Shown here in pieces: positions 40,035 through 52,734 of a DNA stretch of 64,000 nucleotides. The notes under the pieces are model-generated. The model was given only the letters and a program-made list of their open reading frames with translations, searched no databases and had not been told where the DNA came from. The position numbers were made by a program, and so were the translations under genes. Every line of letters starts with the position of its first letter. Positions within the stretch are counted from its first letter, which is position 1. The stretch comes from Balanoglossus misakiensis (lineage: Eukaryota > Animalia > Hemichordata), in assembly GCA_040954595.2 (NCBI GenBank), contig CM082578.2:6867519-6931518 (forward strand), in the 5' to 3' direction.

Positions 40035-41665
40035 GAATTTCAGACGTGGCACAGTTTACTGTTTGTTCGTAGTAGATTTCAGAGTGGTGCTTTAACGGTT
40101 CGTAGATTTCAGAAATGGCTATTTTACCGTTCGTACCTTTCAGAAGTTGCGATTTTATCTTTCGAAGATTTTAGAAATGTCATTTTTACCATTCGTAGAC
40201 ATTATAAATGGCGATTTTACTGTTCGTAGATTTCAAAATGGCGATTTTATCGTTCTTTGATTTCAAAACGGCGATAATACCTTTCGCGGCAGATTTCAGA
40301 AATGGCGATTATAACGTTTGTATAATCAAGAAGTGACGATTTTACCGTTGGTCAAAAAAGGCGATTTATCGCTCTTATATTTAAAACTAGCGTTTTTACC
40401 TTTCGTAGATTTCGGAAAAGGCGATTATACCGATCGCAGAATTCGGAAGTGGCGATTTTATCATTCGTAAATTTCATTAATGACGATTTAACCGTTCGTA
40501 GATGTCAGACATGGCAATTTTACCATTTTTTCCGTGTATTTTAGTCTGAGAAATGCCGAATTTACCGTTCGTTGATTTCAGAAATGCCGATTTTACCGTT
40601 CGTAGATTTCAGACTTGGCGATTTTACTGTATTTTGTGGATTTTAGAAATGCCGATTTTACCGTTCGGAGATTACAGACGTGGCGATTTTACCGTTCGTA
40701 GATTTCAGACTTGGCGATTTTACTGTATTTTGTGGATTTCAGAAATGCCGATTTTACCGTTCGTAGATTTCAGACTTGGCGATTTTACTGTATTTTGTGG
40801 ATTTCAGAAAGGCCGATTTTACCGTTCGTAGATTTCAGAAGTGGCGATTTTACCGTTCGTGGATTTCAGAAATTCCGATTTTATCGTTGGTTGAGAAATG
40901 CCGACTTTACCGTTCTTAGATTTCAGAAATGGCTATTTTACCGTTCGTAGATTTCAGACGTGGCGATTTTACCGTTTGTAGATTTCAGAAGTGGCGATTT
41001 TACCGTTCGTGGATTTCAGAAATTCCGATTTTATCGTTGGTTGAAAAATGCCGATTTTACCGTTCTTAGATTTCAGAAATGGCTATTTTACCGTTCGTAG
41101 ATTTCAGAAGCGGCGATTTTATCGTTCTTAGATTTCAGAACTCGCGATTGTTCAGACGTGGAAATTTTACTGTTTTTTCTCGTAGATTTTAGAAATGCCG
41201 ATTTTACCGTTCGTAGATTTCAGACTTGGCGATTTTACTGTATTTTGTGGATTTCAGAAATGCCAATTTTACCGTTCGTAGATTTCAGACTTGGCGATTT
41301 TACTGTATTTTGTGGATTTCAGAAGTGCCGATTTTACCGTTGATTGAGAAATGCCGATTTTACCGTTCGTAGTTTCAGACGTGGCGATTTTACTGTATTT
41401 TGTGGATTTCAGAAGTGCCGATTTTACCGTTCGCATAATTCAGAAGTGGCGATTTTACCGTTTGTGGATTTCAGAAATGCCGATTCTACCGTTGATTGAG
41501 AAATGCCGATTTTACCGTTCTTAGATTTCAGAAATGGCTATTTTACCATTCGTAGATTTCAGACGTGTCAATTTTACTGTTTTTTCGTGGATTTCAGAAA
41601 TGCCGATTTACCGTTCGTTATTTTGAAGCGGTGATTTTCACCGTTCATAGATTTCAGATGTGGTA
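40035..41665. repeat. Tandem satellite/minisatellite, unit about 31 bp (GATTTCAGAAATGCCGATTTTACCGTTCGTA), roughly 50 copies
   Basis: Contiguous head-to-tail units, with a homogeneous core and diverged flanks. Confidence 0.95.
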
Positions 41666-42427
41666 AATATTACTATATTTGTTCAGAGATGTTTCAAATG
41701 CACTTGTTAAACCCAAGGTATATACTAGTAACCATTCACTGTCGCTGTACGAAATAATTTGAAACGATTTGAGACAATTTTGGTCTCTCATTCAATAATT
41801 TGCGCGATAACCCCTAATTTGTTATTCTCAATAAAATAATTTGAAATTGCCTTGAGAAAGATTGAAATTGCCTTTGGAAAGATATGAGACAAATTTTAAG
41901 ACTTTGATTTCAGGGGAGCAAATAATTGAATGAGAAGGCGTGTCTGTTCTCTCGTTCAATTACTTGCACGATGACCCCTAATTTTTTATTTTCAATTTAG
42001 TGAAAATAATCTGAAGTTGCCTTGAGATAAATGTAAGAGAGAGTTTTTGACAGGGATCGCTTTGCCTGCAAGTTTAAGTTAATATGTGCTTTGAATCAAG
42101 ACAATTGGTATACAATTAACAGAAGGTGTTTATAATAATTATCATTACTATATGTAAACGATGTATTTTTTCTGATTCTGTAAGAAATGTACAATTATTG
42201 ACATCCTTGATAAATAATGTACCAAGTGGCGTATGAAAGTGAATTTTAACAAGATTATAGCTGTAGAAGGTTGCATTTTGGGAACACACTTTATCAATAT
42301 CGTTTATTCCTATTGGCGTACCTCGCATGGTCTTGAAAAGCAGCAAAAACAGTAGCCATCCACGACACTAAAAAGACGAGGAATCTGTTGTCAGCCGCCA
42401 GATGGAAACTAGAGTGTATTCCCCTCA

Positions 42428-42672
42428 AGGATGTACGTTCGTCAAAATTGAAAGTACTGTCATTTCTTTTAATTGTGGATTTTTGGATCATCCTGTGTAT
42501 GTATAATGAAAATCCGTGATAAAATATAGGGGTCACCGCGCTTGTCTTTTGAAATACAGAGCCAAGTTTTGTCGAAAATAGAAGAAAACTGCTGACTCAG
42601 CATTTTTTCACCAATGGTTTGTCTATGGACAAATATTTTAACGAAATTTATCTCAAAACAGAGCGCGGTGAC
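42428..42672. mobile_element. Interspersed repeat of about 250 bp (copy of 22248-22497)
   Basis: Direct-orientation similarity to 22248-22497. Confidence 0.8.
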
Positions 42673-44649
42673 CACACGATTTTATTTGATCGATGAATTT
42701 ATATTTACTGGACTGAGCTATGTGCAAAATTTCGTGAAAATGACAATAGTTGAAGTTTGTTTTCTAGCAATTATGAATGTAATCCTATGGGGAAAAGAGG
42801 GGTGCGCGCAGTTTTCCGGTTTATGTTCTGCGCGTCAGTGCCACTGTAATTTATTACCGTTTCTCTGCTACGTATCAGAGATTTTGGAGATGGTTCAACT
42901 TTTGCCAGATGCCCCAGGGGAAGACCTCCAGGGCCGAAGTATTTGATGTGCCGACACATCTGGGCAACATTCTACTCTGCTCTTATAGTTTCGCTCACGT
43001 TCAGATCTCTCAGGAGATTGTTGAAAAAAGAAAACATCAAAAATATGTCTTTGTACTTGGAGGCAAAGTCTGATATTTGTTCGTTTGTCCTTTTTCATCT
43101 CCCTTCATATTATTGAAGAGAGATAAACGAAATATTGTACCATTTTACAATCTCTCTATACCATTTTCTGTTATAAGCCCATTGTACGCTGACTGAAGGC
43201 TTTGAAAAGCAATAAACTACTATGTGTATCTACCCTTGGACTTTTTCAATGTGCTCTTTGACTTTGTTGTGTGCTGCTGAGAGTGGTAGACTAGGGTGCA
43301 ACCTCGGTCATATAAACTGAAGAAGAAGAAGTTATGGTGTCCTTAAGGTCGATTCGAAGACCAGAGGAAAAATATCGCAGATCAAAATTCCTCACAAGGG
43401 TCTGTTCTGTGTGTCGCATAGAAAACGCATTTCAAGTTAGTAGGCTTCCTTGGTATTTTTGAATGTCAAAGTGCTATAGCCTGCAGTGAGCGTACATCCT
43501 TAACGTATGATGCGAGTCGAACCGATCACCGCGAAAGTTTCCTACCAAGGGTGCCACCTCCCGCGAAACAGTAGCACTTTCTAGGGTGACCTTCAGTCAC
43601 CAATATCAACATCCTTCGCCCTGGAGTGCCAGATCTCCCTTGAATGCGCATGAGCAAATGTGAAATTTCGAGACAAATGATTCTGGTCCCGCACTGTCCT
43701 ATATACACCAGTGAAGAACTAGATCTACATCTTTCTATGGGCGTTGAGACATGCGAAAGAGTGTGTATTCTATTTCCCGTGTAACTTTTACACAAACACT
43801 GTCAGTGATGTGGTACGCGACATACTGCTGTCCTTTGGCAGCAAATAATATTCCGCGTTTCTATATGCTCTGTAGAGTCGCAAGAGATTTCTGAAAGACA
43901 CCCTGCCCAATTAGGTTGTTTCCACGTGGGAATTACTATAAAGTTGTAAACAGAACTCGAGCTCGAGACATCCAGCATGTGGTCATGTTTCAGCAGATGA
44001 AACGGCAGACACAAAAATCACTTCAGTACATCTCAGAAAATCGGCGTAGGCCTAGTGGCGAAGCGAAATGTCAGAATCTTTGAAGTGATAAAGTGAAATG
44101 AAGTATTAATTATCTCCCCCGCCCCAAGGGTAAGGGAATCATTTTCGACCTTTAAAATTGGTAATGGGTTTCCAGCTCGAAGGGCGCTGTACAGTCGCCG
44201 CCGCTTAATTCGGTACGGGTACGCCATGTGTTTGGTCAACATGGGTCTCGCGGGGGCGCTATATATGGGGGCAATGAACTTTGAAGGCCCCGTCAACTAG
44301 TCCAGAAAGGCGATGCATTCCCTGGGTGTCGGGATCAATGACCACCCGCCCGCTGTCTCATGTGCATGTACTCAGTCAATCCTGGATGGCCCCCAGGAAG
44401 TGTGGGAAATTACACAGCTCATCCAAGCCCCAAGTGGGCCTTTACATGGGCTGAACAAAGCCTCGCGGGAGGCTTAAAAGTACAAGTGATAGCGCGGATG
44501 TAATACACGCGAGAAGATGAAACGAAACAACCGTGCCTAAAATCTGTCAAGAATGTTTTGATATAAAAGCGTTAGTAACTGGAGCTCGCCGGAAACTAAC
44601 CGACAGGACACTAAAATGATAACTGTTCCGCCAAATAGTTCGTTTCACT

Positions 44650-45338
44650 TGTTACGACACGCTGGCCGTTCAGCTCCAAAACAGGGCAGTGAGCAAACAG
44701 ACTTTAATACTGAATGGCTCGCTTTGGTGAACCAACCAGCGTAGCACGCAACAAAGACGGTCAACACACGTTATTTCCTTGCTTATGGAAACTTTGAATT
44801 ACTACAACTAAACATTGGTAAATATAAAATGACTGTACACTGAGGAAAAAACACAATAAAATAAATGACTACCTTAAATGTGACCAGGTGTGGGAAATGA
44901 AAAACTAAAGTCCAAGCTTCCGTAGCGCACGACGAACGCGACCAGCACCACGGCAGTCCCAACAGCGACGTTCAGTCCGAGTAGCGTTCTGGCACAATTC
45001 CCCGGTAGACGGCACGGCTTTCGGACGAATTCCCCATGAGGTAGCACGACTTCTGGGCGCGGTTTCCAGACCAGGACAGCATGAAATACAGCACAGCTTC
45101 TGGGCGCGGTTTCCAGACCAGGGCAGCATGAAATAAGGCACAGCTTCCAAGCCGGCGAGGAACAGAACAGCTCACACGGGCAAGTCCAAATTAGTAGCTA
45201 CGCCGCAACACAACGTGCGGGCTTTTTATATGGGGAAAATAATGAATGCACCACACCTGGTCACGCAAAATTCAAATTACGAAAGTAAGCGAAAACACAC
45301 CTGGTCACAAAACAACAGCAAACTTCTCATACGTAACA
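44650..45338 (-). mobile_element. Probable solo LTR (Gypsy-like), about 689 bp
   Basis: TGTTACG...CGTAACA termini; near 4-bp TSD (CACT/CATT); minus-strand TATAAAAA at about 45230 and ATTAAA at about 44707; internal tandem repeat of about 48 bp. Confidence 0.6.
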
Positions 45339-46591
45339 CATTTGTATTATCAGTGTATTGATGATTGAGTTGCAATTCAAAGTCAATGAAGAAGCCAATG
45401 CTGTTTTTCACGGATAGCATAAGCTTATTCTCAAATTTATGCCTAAGTACAACAGTATACACTATTGCTAAGTGCATGTGGATAATCAAATAAAACTTAC
45501 AGAAAACGAGAAGAAATTTGTATAGGGGTAATGGAAAGAGAAAAATGATAATTGAAGAGAGGAGCTAATTTGCCGGTTAATTGGCAATCCATGGTGCTAT
45601 ATTGAAGACCAAAAAGTGGTGTTACAGTTGATACGACATGACTGGGGAAATGACTGCGAGAGGTACCGGTATATTGTCTGGGATCTGACAGAGTAGAGGC
45701 TATAGTTTGAAGTGCTCGTATATAAACTCAGTTGTTGCACTGCTGACGATTCTACGATCTGCCACGATCTACATGTCTTATATGTACATTTTTGAGCCAT
45801 TAACTTTCATCTTCTATGCTTCTTATCACTGACCTATATCATCGGTTTATGTAATCCTGAATCGGACAGTTAGATGTCCTCTCGTTTCAAAAATCTGAAT
45901 GATAGTAAGATGTGATTTTCAGAGTCTGTAACAGTGGTTAAGTGCCATGGTTGGCAAGATCGATGAAAGGGGCATACACGAACACGAATAGAAGAAAATT
46001 AATCTTGATAACGGCAGTCTTTGAGATATTTTGAACAATTTCGAAGATTGAGACTGTGGGTAATTTTTATCCAGAGGCGAGAAAGGTTGATTTCCTTTTT
46101 TTTTTAAATTGATTTCAGCACCTGCTTTTCTCACTTCCCGATTTTCAGAATTTTTAACAGGCCCTATATTCAGTAAAGAGAAAAGCAGGTGTGATGTGCT
46201 GGCGAAATAATGATCTCCCACTGGGTTCATCATTTCTGCAAATTGAAATCTTTGTGCCCGAGGGCCTCACTGGTGTATGTGCATGTGCGTCCAACTGATC
46301 AACAAGACCGAAGAAAATTAAAAGAAACCATTTTGGGGCGTCATGTACGCATGGGCGGGCGGGCGGAAATCGTGTGTTTCAAGTTCAATTATCTGCACCG
46401 GTGAAGGGCGTCGAAACTGTGCGCGCTGCTGTCTCGATTCACAAGAACAAGTTTCAGCGTAAACACGTCCCTGTGGCGCTCATTTCAAAGCATAGGATTA
46501 TCGCCACTGTTTGACACGGGTTCACAACTTGTACCACAGCGGGCGCTCCCTACGTTCTTTTATCGTGTGTTTGTTTGTTGTTATTGATTGG

Positions 46592-46808
46592 CATAATAAA
46601 CAAATAAATATTATGTATTAATAAATATGCTTTGTTTGTTTGTTGACATGTTAGGGTTAGGGTATATTCAACGGTCAGGGTTAGTGTTGGCATTTTTTCG
46701 ATCCACAAAAAGAGCCATGGATCGAAAAAATCTCAACACTAACCCTGACCGTTGAATTAACATAACATGTCAACAAACAAACGTGACCATATTTATTTGT
46801 TTATTATG
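46592..46808. repeat. Foldback/palindromic element carrying TTAGGG and (GTTT)n
   Basis: Arms ATTCAACGGTCAGGGTTAGTGTTG..TTTTTTCGATCCA / TGGATCGAAAAAA..CAACACTAACCCTGACCGTTGAAT around a loop of about 12 nt, plus outer inverted arms. Confidence 0.85.
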
Positions 46809-47154
46809 TATTTACTAGACATGTTTCCATAGCAATGGAATTTAGGCCCAATTGTTGTTATTCACTTAATTTTATTCAGGTACAAGTTAACATACAATAG
46901 ACAGAATACATAATGAACTGTGGTTTTAGGCCTATATGGGCCGTTATCCAGAACAACAACCAAAATTCTGTGGTGAAGGAATGTTGATCAAATTCTGATA
47001 AAACGACCGAAATGCACAAACACGACTTCTTTGTAACGTTTACTGTTAGGCTATTGAGATTCGGGCTTTCCTCTTCAAATAAGGTAAACTCTCGAAAGTG
47101 AAAGATACACGACAAAATATTGATAACGATAAAAATCTAAATTTGGACAATATA

Positions 47155-47495
47155 TACTAGTATATATACACTACAAATACACATTTTACAGGTATATATA
47201 CACTACAGGTAAATACACTACAAGTGCACACTACAAGTATACAAGTTTAGTCTCCTGATGAGTGAGTCCAGTGACTCACGAAACAGCGCTGGAGAGATTA
47301 TACCGGCTTTCGTTTCTCCAGCTACCCTAACTTTATACTACAAGTATACATGTACCGGTATACAGTATACACTACAGGTACACACACTACAATTACATAC
47401 ACAAGCATATACATGTACATACACGACAAGAACATACACTACAAGTACACAAACTACAAGTATATACAGTATACACTACAAGTACATACACAAAA
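47155..47495. repeat. Degenerate low-complexity tandem repeat (TACACACTACAAG-like)
   Basis: Repeated ACACTACAAG/ACTACAGG units, interrupted by the hammerhead motif. Confidence 0.75.
47248..47300 (+). ncRNA. Type I minimal hammerhead ribozyme motif (Penelope/retrozyme-like), with a core mismatch
   Basis: Stem I TAGTCTC/GAGATTA; CTGATGA; stem II GTGAGTC-cagt-GACTCAC; GAAA; C-AGCGCT-G palindromic stem III. Cleavage triplet is GGA instead of GUH. Confidence 0.75.
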
Positions 47496-47595
47496 TACAT
47501 GACACAGAAAACCTACAGAAAATAGGCCTTTCCTAGCACAGCACCCACTTTTCTTGGATATGCCGTGGCGTCAGGTGTAGACCTAAACGCAATAA

Positions 47596-49340
47596 CTATT
47601 TTGAAGTGAAACATCTTCTGATAGATTTTTCCACGATAAAAGCCAGGAAAATAAATGTACCCTGAAGAGAGTTAACGGTACTGAATACAATACTAAGAAT
47701 TTCGTTGTCCACAAATATCTCAAGTAGAGCAAGACTCCATGTCACGCCAGCTACGATCAATATTTTAGGAAAAACAACAATATAACGCTTCCAAACACTT
47801 TCGGATTCGATTGCCGTGTTCGTCATGTTCCTTCTGATGGTAGTTATGGTTACGACAGAACAGACCGCGTTACTCAAAATGGCGGCAACGGCTGGCCCTA
47901 AGAAGAATAGGAAAAGCGAGAGACGATTGGTGATCCAACATATACCATGAGCACCATATCCAACTGCGAAGTCTACCAACTGGCTCATATCAAAGAAAAC
48001 ACAGATGCCCACAATCAGGGCTGGAAAAATCCAGCCGAAACCACAGTAAGCATAGAGGCGTTCGCGTTCTCTACTTACAAACGCGGCTTGACTGACTGCT
48101 CGGAAAGTTCGACACATATCAAAACTGACGATGGTCATCCAGAAGAAATTGGCCAACCAGGAGTAGTGTAACAAAACAGCTGCGGGAACACAGAACCCAG
48201 GCACCTCGTTGAGACCCATACTGGACAAAAACATGGCCTGAGCACAGAGTTTAGAAGATACCAAATTCATCATAAGTTTGCCAGGAAAGTTCTGCAAATC
48301 TGGTCGCCTGCAAGCAACTACGAGATAGGAAATGAGGCAAATTATGGACAGAGACGAACAGGAAATATTCAACCATAGGATGTAACCTTCCGTAGGAGAC
48401 GGTATGGATACACAAACTAAAGCAAAAGACGCGTTAACAAATGTTTCAAATATGTGGGTTTGAAAAGTGACTCCTGATATTTCAAATTCTAATATACCGT
48501 CGAATACCTTGAAGTCTGTAAAGTTCAGTAACAAGATATCAAAGGTTATTGGACACCTGTGCTGTATACCCGGTAATATTGGGCCACTCGTTGAAATATT
48601 CTGATTATCCTTCATTGAAATTGACTGGTTATTTGCCGGATTGTCGTGAATTGAAACAGTTTGATTGTTTGCAGTAGAATTGTCATGGTGTTGCCTTGCC
48701 CTGTTGTAAGCGATACAGGATTGTAAACTCGGGTCAAATATCTCATTTTCGGAACAAAAGAAATCGCGAGAAAGCTCAGACACGACCGAATTTTCTTCAA
48801 CTGATAGGCTTATATAACCGTTCGGGCTAATGTCAAAAAAGAGACTGATCGAATAGGGTCTTCTGATTCTTTCATGGTGGAGACGAACACCACAGCGTAT
48901 TCCGTCACTGATGTTAAAACCACTGCATCTAGCACAGTAGATATTTCGAAATAAAATGGGTGTATCTCTAACGACCGACATGTGGGATTTGCACGCGACC
49001 TCCGTGTACTCAAATTGCGAAATGTTTCTGTAGAATGACGACTGGCATGTATCGATGATATTGTGGGCACAGGCGGGAAGAACGGAACCCTCTTCTCCGT
49101 CCACAGAGAAAAATGTATCTTCGGGTTGCATTTCTAGTTGGGTCTTAGAAATGTTGAGGAACATCTCAACTGGATGTTGACTACTTTGTGACATATTTGG
49201 CAATCTGAAGTCTATTTTAACAGTCAAATTCCACATGTCCAATTCAGATTGGTCAACGCCATTGCACTGGGCGCAAAAGATGTTCGCAAACCGTTCCTTC
49301 CCAGCTGACCAGCTCACCGGGATGTTTCGCAACGAGATAT
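47596..49340 (-). CDS. Receptor C, coding exon 2: Cys-rich ectodomain + class-B/adhesion-like 7TM domain
   Basis: Acceptor cttattacag| at 49341 (G|AT = Asp); FANIFCAQCN and FRNIYCARCS; 7TM motifs NFPGKLMMNL, HYSWLANFFWM, GWIFP, CWI, GVTW, NSLQGTFIF. Confidence 0.9.
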
Positions 49341-49559
49341 CTGTAATAAGAAAAGATAACAATACATTAAAATTAAACATGTTTGTGACGAAATTCATGG
49401 CAAATATCAAATAATTTAGTACTTTCATTTCAGTGGCGTGTGACCAGTATTTTAATGTTTACATGTTTACTTATGGAACTCTTTATTGTGGATGGGTGTT
49501 AGTCTGAACTAAATAAACAACAATAATAATGATGATGATAATTATTCCATTTCATGTCA

Positions 49560-49809
49560 CGTTAAAAATGTGCCTTCTGTGTATTGGAAAACATACGGTG
49601 ATCGTGCCTTTTCGTATATCGCCGCACTCATTTGGAACAGTGTCCTAAAAGAAGTACGACAGTCACCTCCCTAGCCTTGATAGTTTCAAGAAACACATCA
49701 AGACTTATCTGTTTAACAGAGCCTATTACAGTAACTTTACATTGGTTTTTTGACATTGTAAAGCGCTATTGAACACTATTGCAGTGGAGTTTGGCGGTCT
49801 ACAAGTTCC

Positions 49810-49810
<1 letters not shown>
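49560..49810 (+). mobile_element. L2/CR1-group LINE 3' end in the intron of receptor C
   Basis: Encodes YGDRAFSYIAALIWNS...LDSFKKHIKTYLF, then TGTAAAGCGCTATTGAAC, running into an (ATTG)n tail. Confidence 0.8.
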
Positions 49811-50110
<300 letters not shown>

Positions 50111-50166
50111 GTTGTTGTTAATATGAAGTGAAGTACAAAGTGAACACTTGAAATAAATTAATTTAC

Positions 50167-50593
50167 CAAACTCAATCTCTTCCTCGCAATTTTTCCGAAT
50201 GTCTTCATCCAGCCAAGTTGGTGGACATTTTCGTATCATCCAAACTCCGGCATTATCAAAGTTGGCGGTTTTAGTACAAGCATGATATCCGCTGCTCTGG
50301 TGGTCAACGCCAATTATTTTTACGCCACGAGAGGGCGCTCCACTGCCACAAGCCTGTGCGTAGTCATGACAACAGTCTCCGAACTGCAGGCATTTGTCAT
50401 CGCAGTTGCACACCCAGAATAATCCCATGGCTGCCTTGTCGTGGAAGTCTAGTCGCCTGTTGCAGACAGGTTCAGATTCCTCGTTGAAACAGGAGTTGGG
50501 TCGGCCAGAGGTTGCGCACACGTCTGTGTCGATGCTAGCCTGCATGGTCAAATCACAAAACAGGAGCAACAACAACGCCAATGCAAACATCAT
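50167..50593 (-). CDS. Receptor C, coding exon 1: signal peptide + SMB-like domain (no mucin stalk)
   Basis: Acceptor ttttgcag|aATG; MMFALALLLLLFC; CNCDDKCLQFGDCCHDYAQAC; donor G|GTAAA at 50166, phase 1. Spliced CDS is 2172 nt, 723 aa. Confidence 0.88.
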
Positions 50594-50929
50594 TCTGCAA
50601 AATAAAGGAAAATGAATGAGACCCCCATAACGAAAAATTCACAAGTCAACTGAACAATACGAGATTAGCAAAAAGAATTGACAAAAAGAACTATGTAGTC
50701 ACCCTCCTTAATTTTATTTGAGAAAATTATGTGGACGTAAAATTATAATTTTCTTCATTAGCAGACACAATTTGACTGTTTGTTTTTTTTGCCAAAATCT
50801 TTCCTATCTTTGTAGTTCTTTTTCCTTACTTTTCCCCTTTGTCATGTCAATTTTAATTTTTTGAAATGCTCAATAAAAATATGTTTTAAAAAAATACGAT
50901 GCTTACTAGTAGTAATTATGATGACTTAC

Positions 50930-51607
50930 CAGATATTCTTGATCACTGCGTCAGATGCGGCTCGTTTTTTCGAAGAGAAAGCGAGAGCGTGGTGGTAGCC
51001 AGAAACCAACGGGAATAATGAACACTGCGCTGTTTGGTGTTGGAACTACAACATTCTGTTGCTTCATGCGAAACACAGCGACACCTACTCCACATATTTC
51101 ACACATCTTAGCCTTGACGAATAAAAGTATGTTCTTACACCTTTTTAAGATCAAACGCATTGAAGTATGTATCTAATTGCATGGATAGGCAGAAATTATC
51201 CTTTGTCGGTAAAGGTATAGGAATCGCTTTGAGAATGCGAAAATAAAGATTTAAGTTTCCCGTGTACACTACTATTAATAAATTCAATTTACAATGAACA
51301 CAATAATATTAAAGTTGAAAATGTGAGCTTGAAGTATATTTGAGGGTGTAAATATAACTTGTACTTGAATTTTGAGTCACACGCAATGCATTGTGGGGGC
51401 GGCAAGAGACTGCACGATTGATGTTCAGTGAGAAAGGCGGTAAAGATCATTTTTTTAATGGCGGTGGTGATAACTCAATGACACTACACTTCAGGTCTAG
51501 ATAAATCGTGCTGCCGGCAAAGTCGCATCAGTTATAAGTGGCAAATTCAAGTTGGATTAGAATTGTGAGAAATTTTCAATATAACATAAGAGTTTCACAC
51601 CTCACAG
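50930..51607. promoter_or_regulatory. Candidate divergent promoter region between receptor C (minus) and the ZNF gene (plus)
   Basis: Minus-strand donor G|GTAAGT at 50929; plus-strand donor CAG|GTAGAA at 51608; TGCATTGTGGG (ZNF143/SBS-like) at about 51387; AATGGCGG (YY1-like) at about 51457. Confidence 0.4.
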
Positions 51608-52122
51608 GTAGAATTTCTGGCGTCTTTGTTCGGTGTTGAGGTTTTTATCGCATACCAATATATTTACTGTAATTGATAAAACCGTCAATAGCACCTGATT
51701 TTTAAAAAAAAATGCAAAATCGTTATAAAAAATAAACTAGGAAAATGTTGCAAAGTCAACACAAAATCATGATAATGTGAGCAGATTATCGCAAAAATAA
51801 TAAATTGTGGTAAGCAAGGAGGTAGGTGGGCGACTCCATATTCGCACGCGACATCGCATTTTCCTTGAACTTTGTACCCGAGAAACACAGTTCATTTACC
51901 TGTGTGTTTGTTTGTTTGTTTAATTTGCCCGTTTATCCAATGGAGTTTATCCGAATAGTTTGCGTGAACCCGGGACCGGAGTACGTCTCGCCGGCCTGCA
52001 GGGTTTCTGCACGCATGCTGTCACAGTAACCTCGTTATCTGTGGTCCAAGAGTTTGGAATGTAATTATATGGTCCCAGAAGAGTCCTTTCAGCTGGAAAA
52101 TCTAAATGAACGAGGGGGGGGG

Positions 52123-52312
52123 AGACAGACAGACAGAGAGACAGGCAGATAGACTAGAGAGAGAGACATAGAGAGAGAGGGGCAGAGAGACAGAAACAGA
52201 CAGAAAGAGAGAGATGGGGAGAGAGAGAGGGGAGAGTGAGAGAGACAGACACACACACAGAGAGAGATGGGAAGAGAGAGAGAGAAGGGGAGGGAGGGAG
52301 AGAGAGGGGGGG
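52123..52312. repeat. Degenerate (GA)n/(GACA)n purine-rich repeat
   Basis: Direct reading. Confidence 0.9.
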
Positions 52313-52544
52313 AGTGTGTTATTATAGAAAGGAACTGAATTGAAATGCTTCAATTGATCAGGAGAACGCGCGTGATGCCCCGTAGCAAGCTTGCGTTTGA
52401 CCTTTGTCCAAGTGAACCATATTAAAAGTTGAACAGTTGAAGTTTGTTGACAATAATATTTAAAACAAACGGTGAACTGGTAGTACGAATGTTGTGAGTC
52501 TTCATAGTTGCTCGATTAGTGATTATTCTAACGGAAACAGCATC

Positions 52545-52734
52545 ATGGACGGGAATGAATATCTGAAAGTCGCCATCGGTGATCGTAAGCACGCAGTTTT
52601 TATACAGCCGGTAAAACATTCAGCTTGTACCAGTAGACCTGTATCTGTCGTGGATTCGGCGGCTACAATTTCAAGGAGGAGCCCCAAACACACACTTCCT
52701 GATTCTTTTGCCAATCGCGCAATATGTGTCAAAG
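52545..52734 (+). CDS. Candidate first coding exon of the C2H2 zinc-finger gene
   Basis: CTAAC...CAG|catcATGG; open frame MDGNEYLKV...AICVK; donor G|GTATG in phase 1, matching the phase-1 acceptor at 53615. Confidence 0.5.

Noticed and set aside
40035-41665. CRISPR-like array
   Set aside because: Units are contiguous with no unique spacers, there are no cas genes, and the context is eukaryotic; it is a satellite.
44200-44500. GC-rich SINE-like or structured segment
   Set aside because: No pol III boxes, termini or second copy could be defined within the window.
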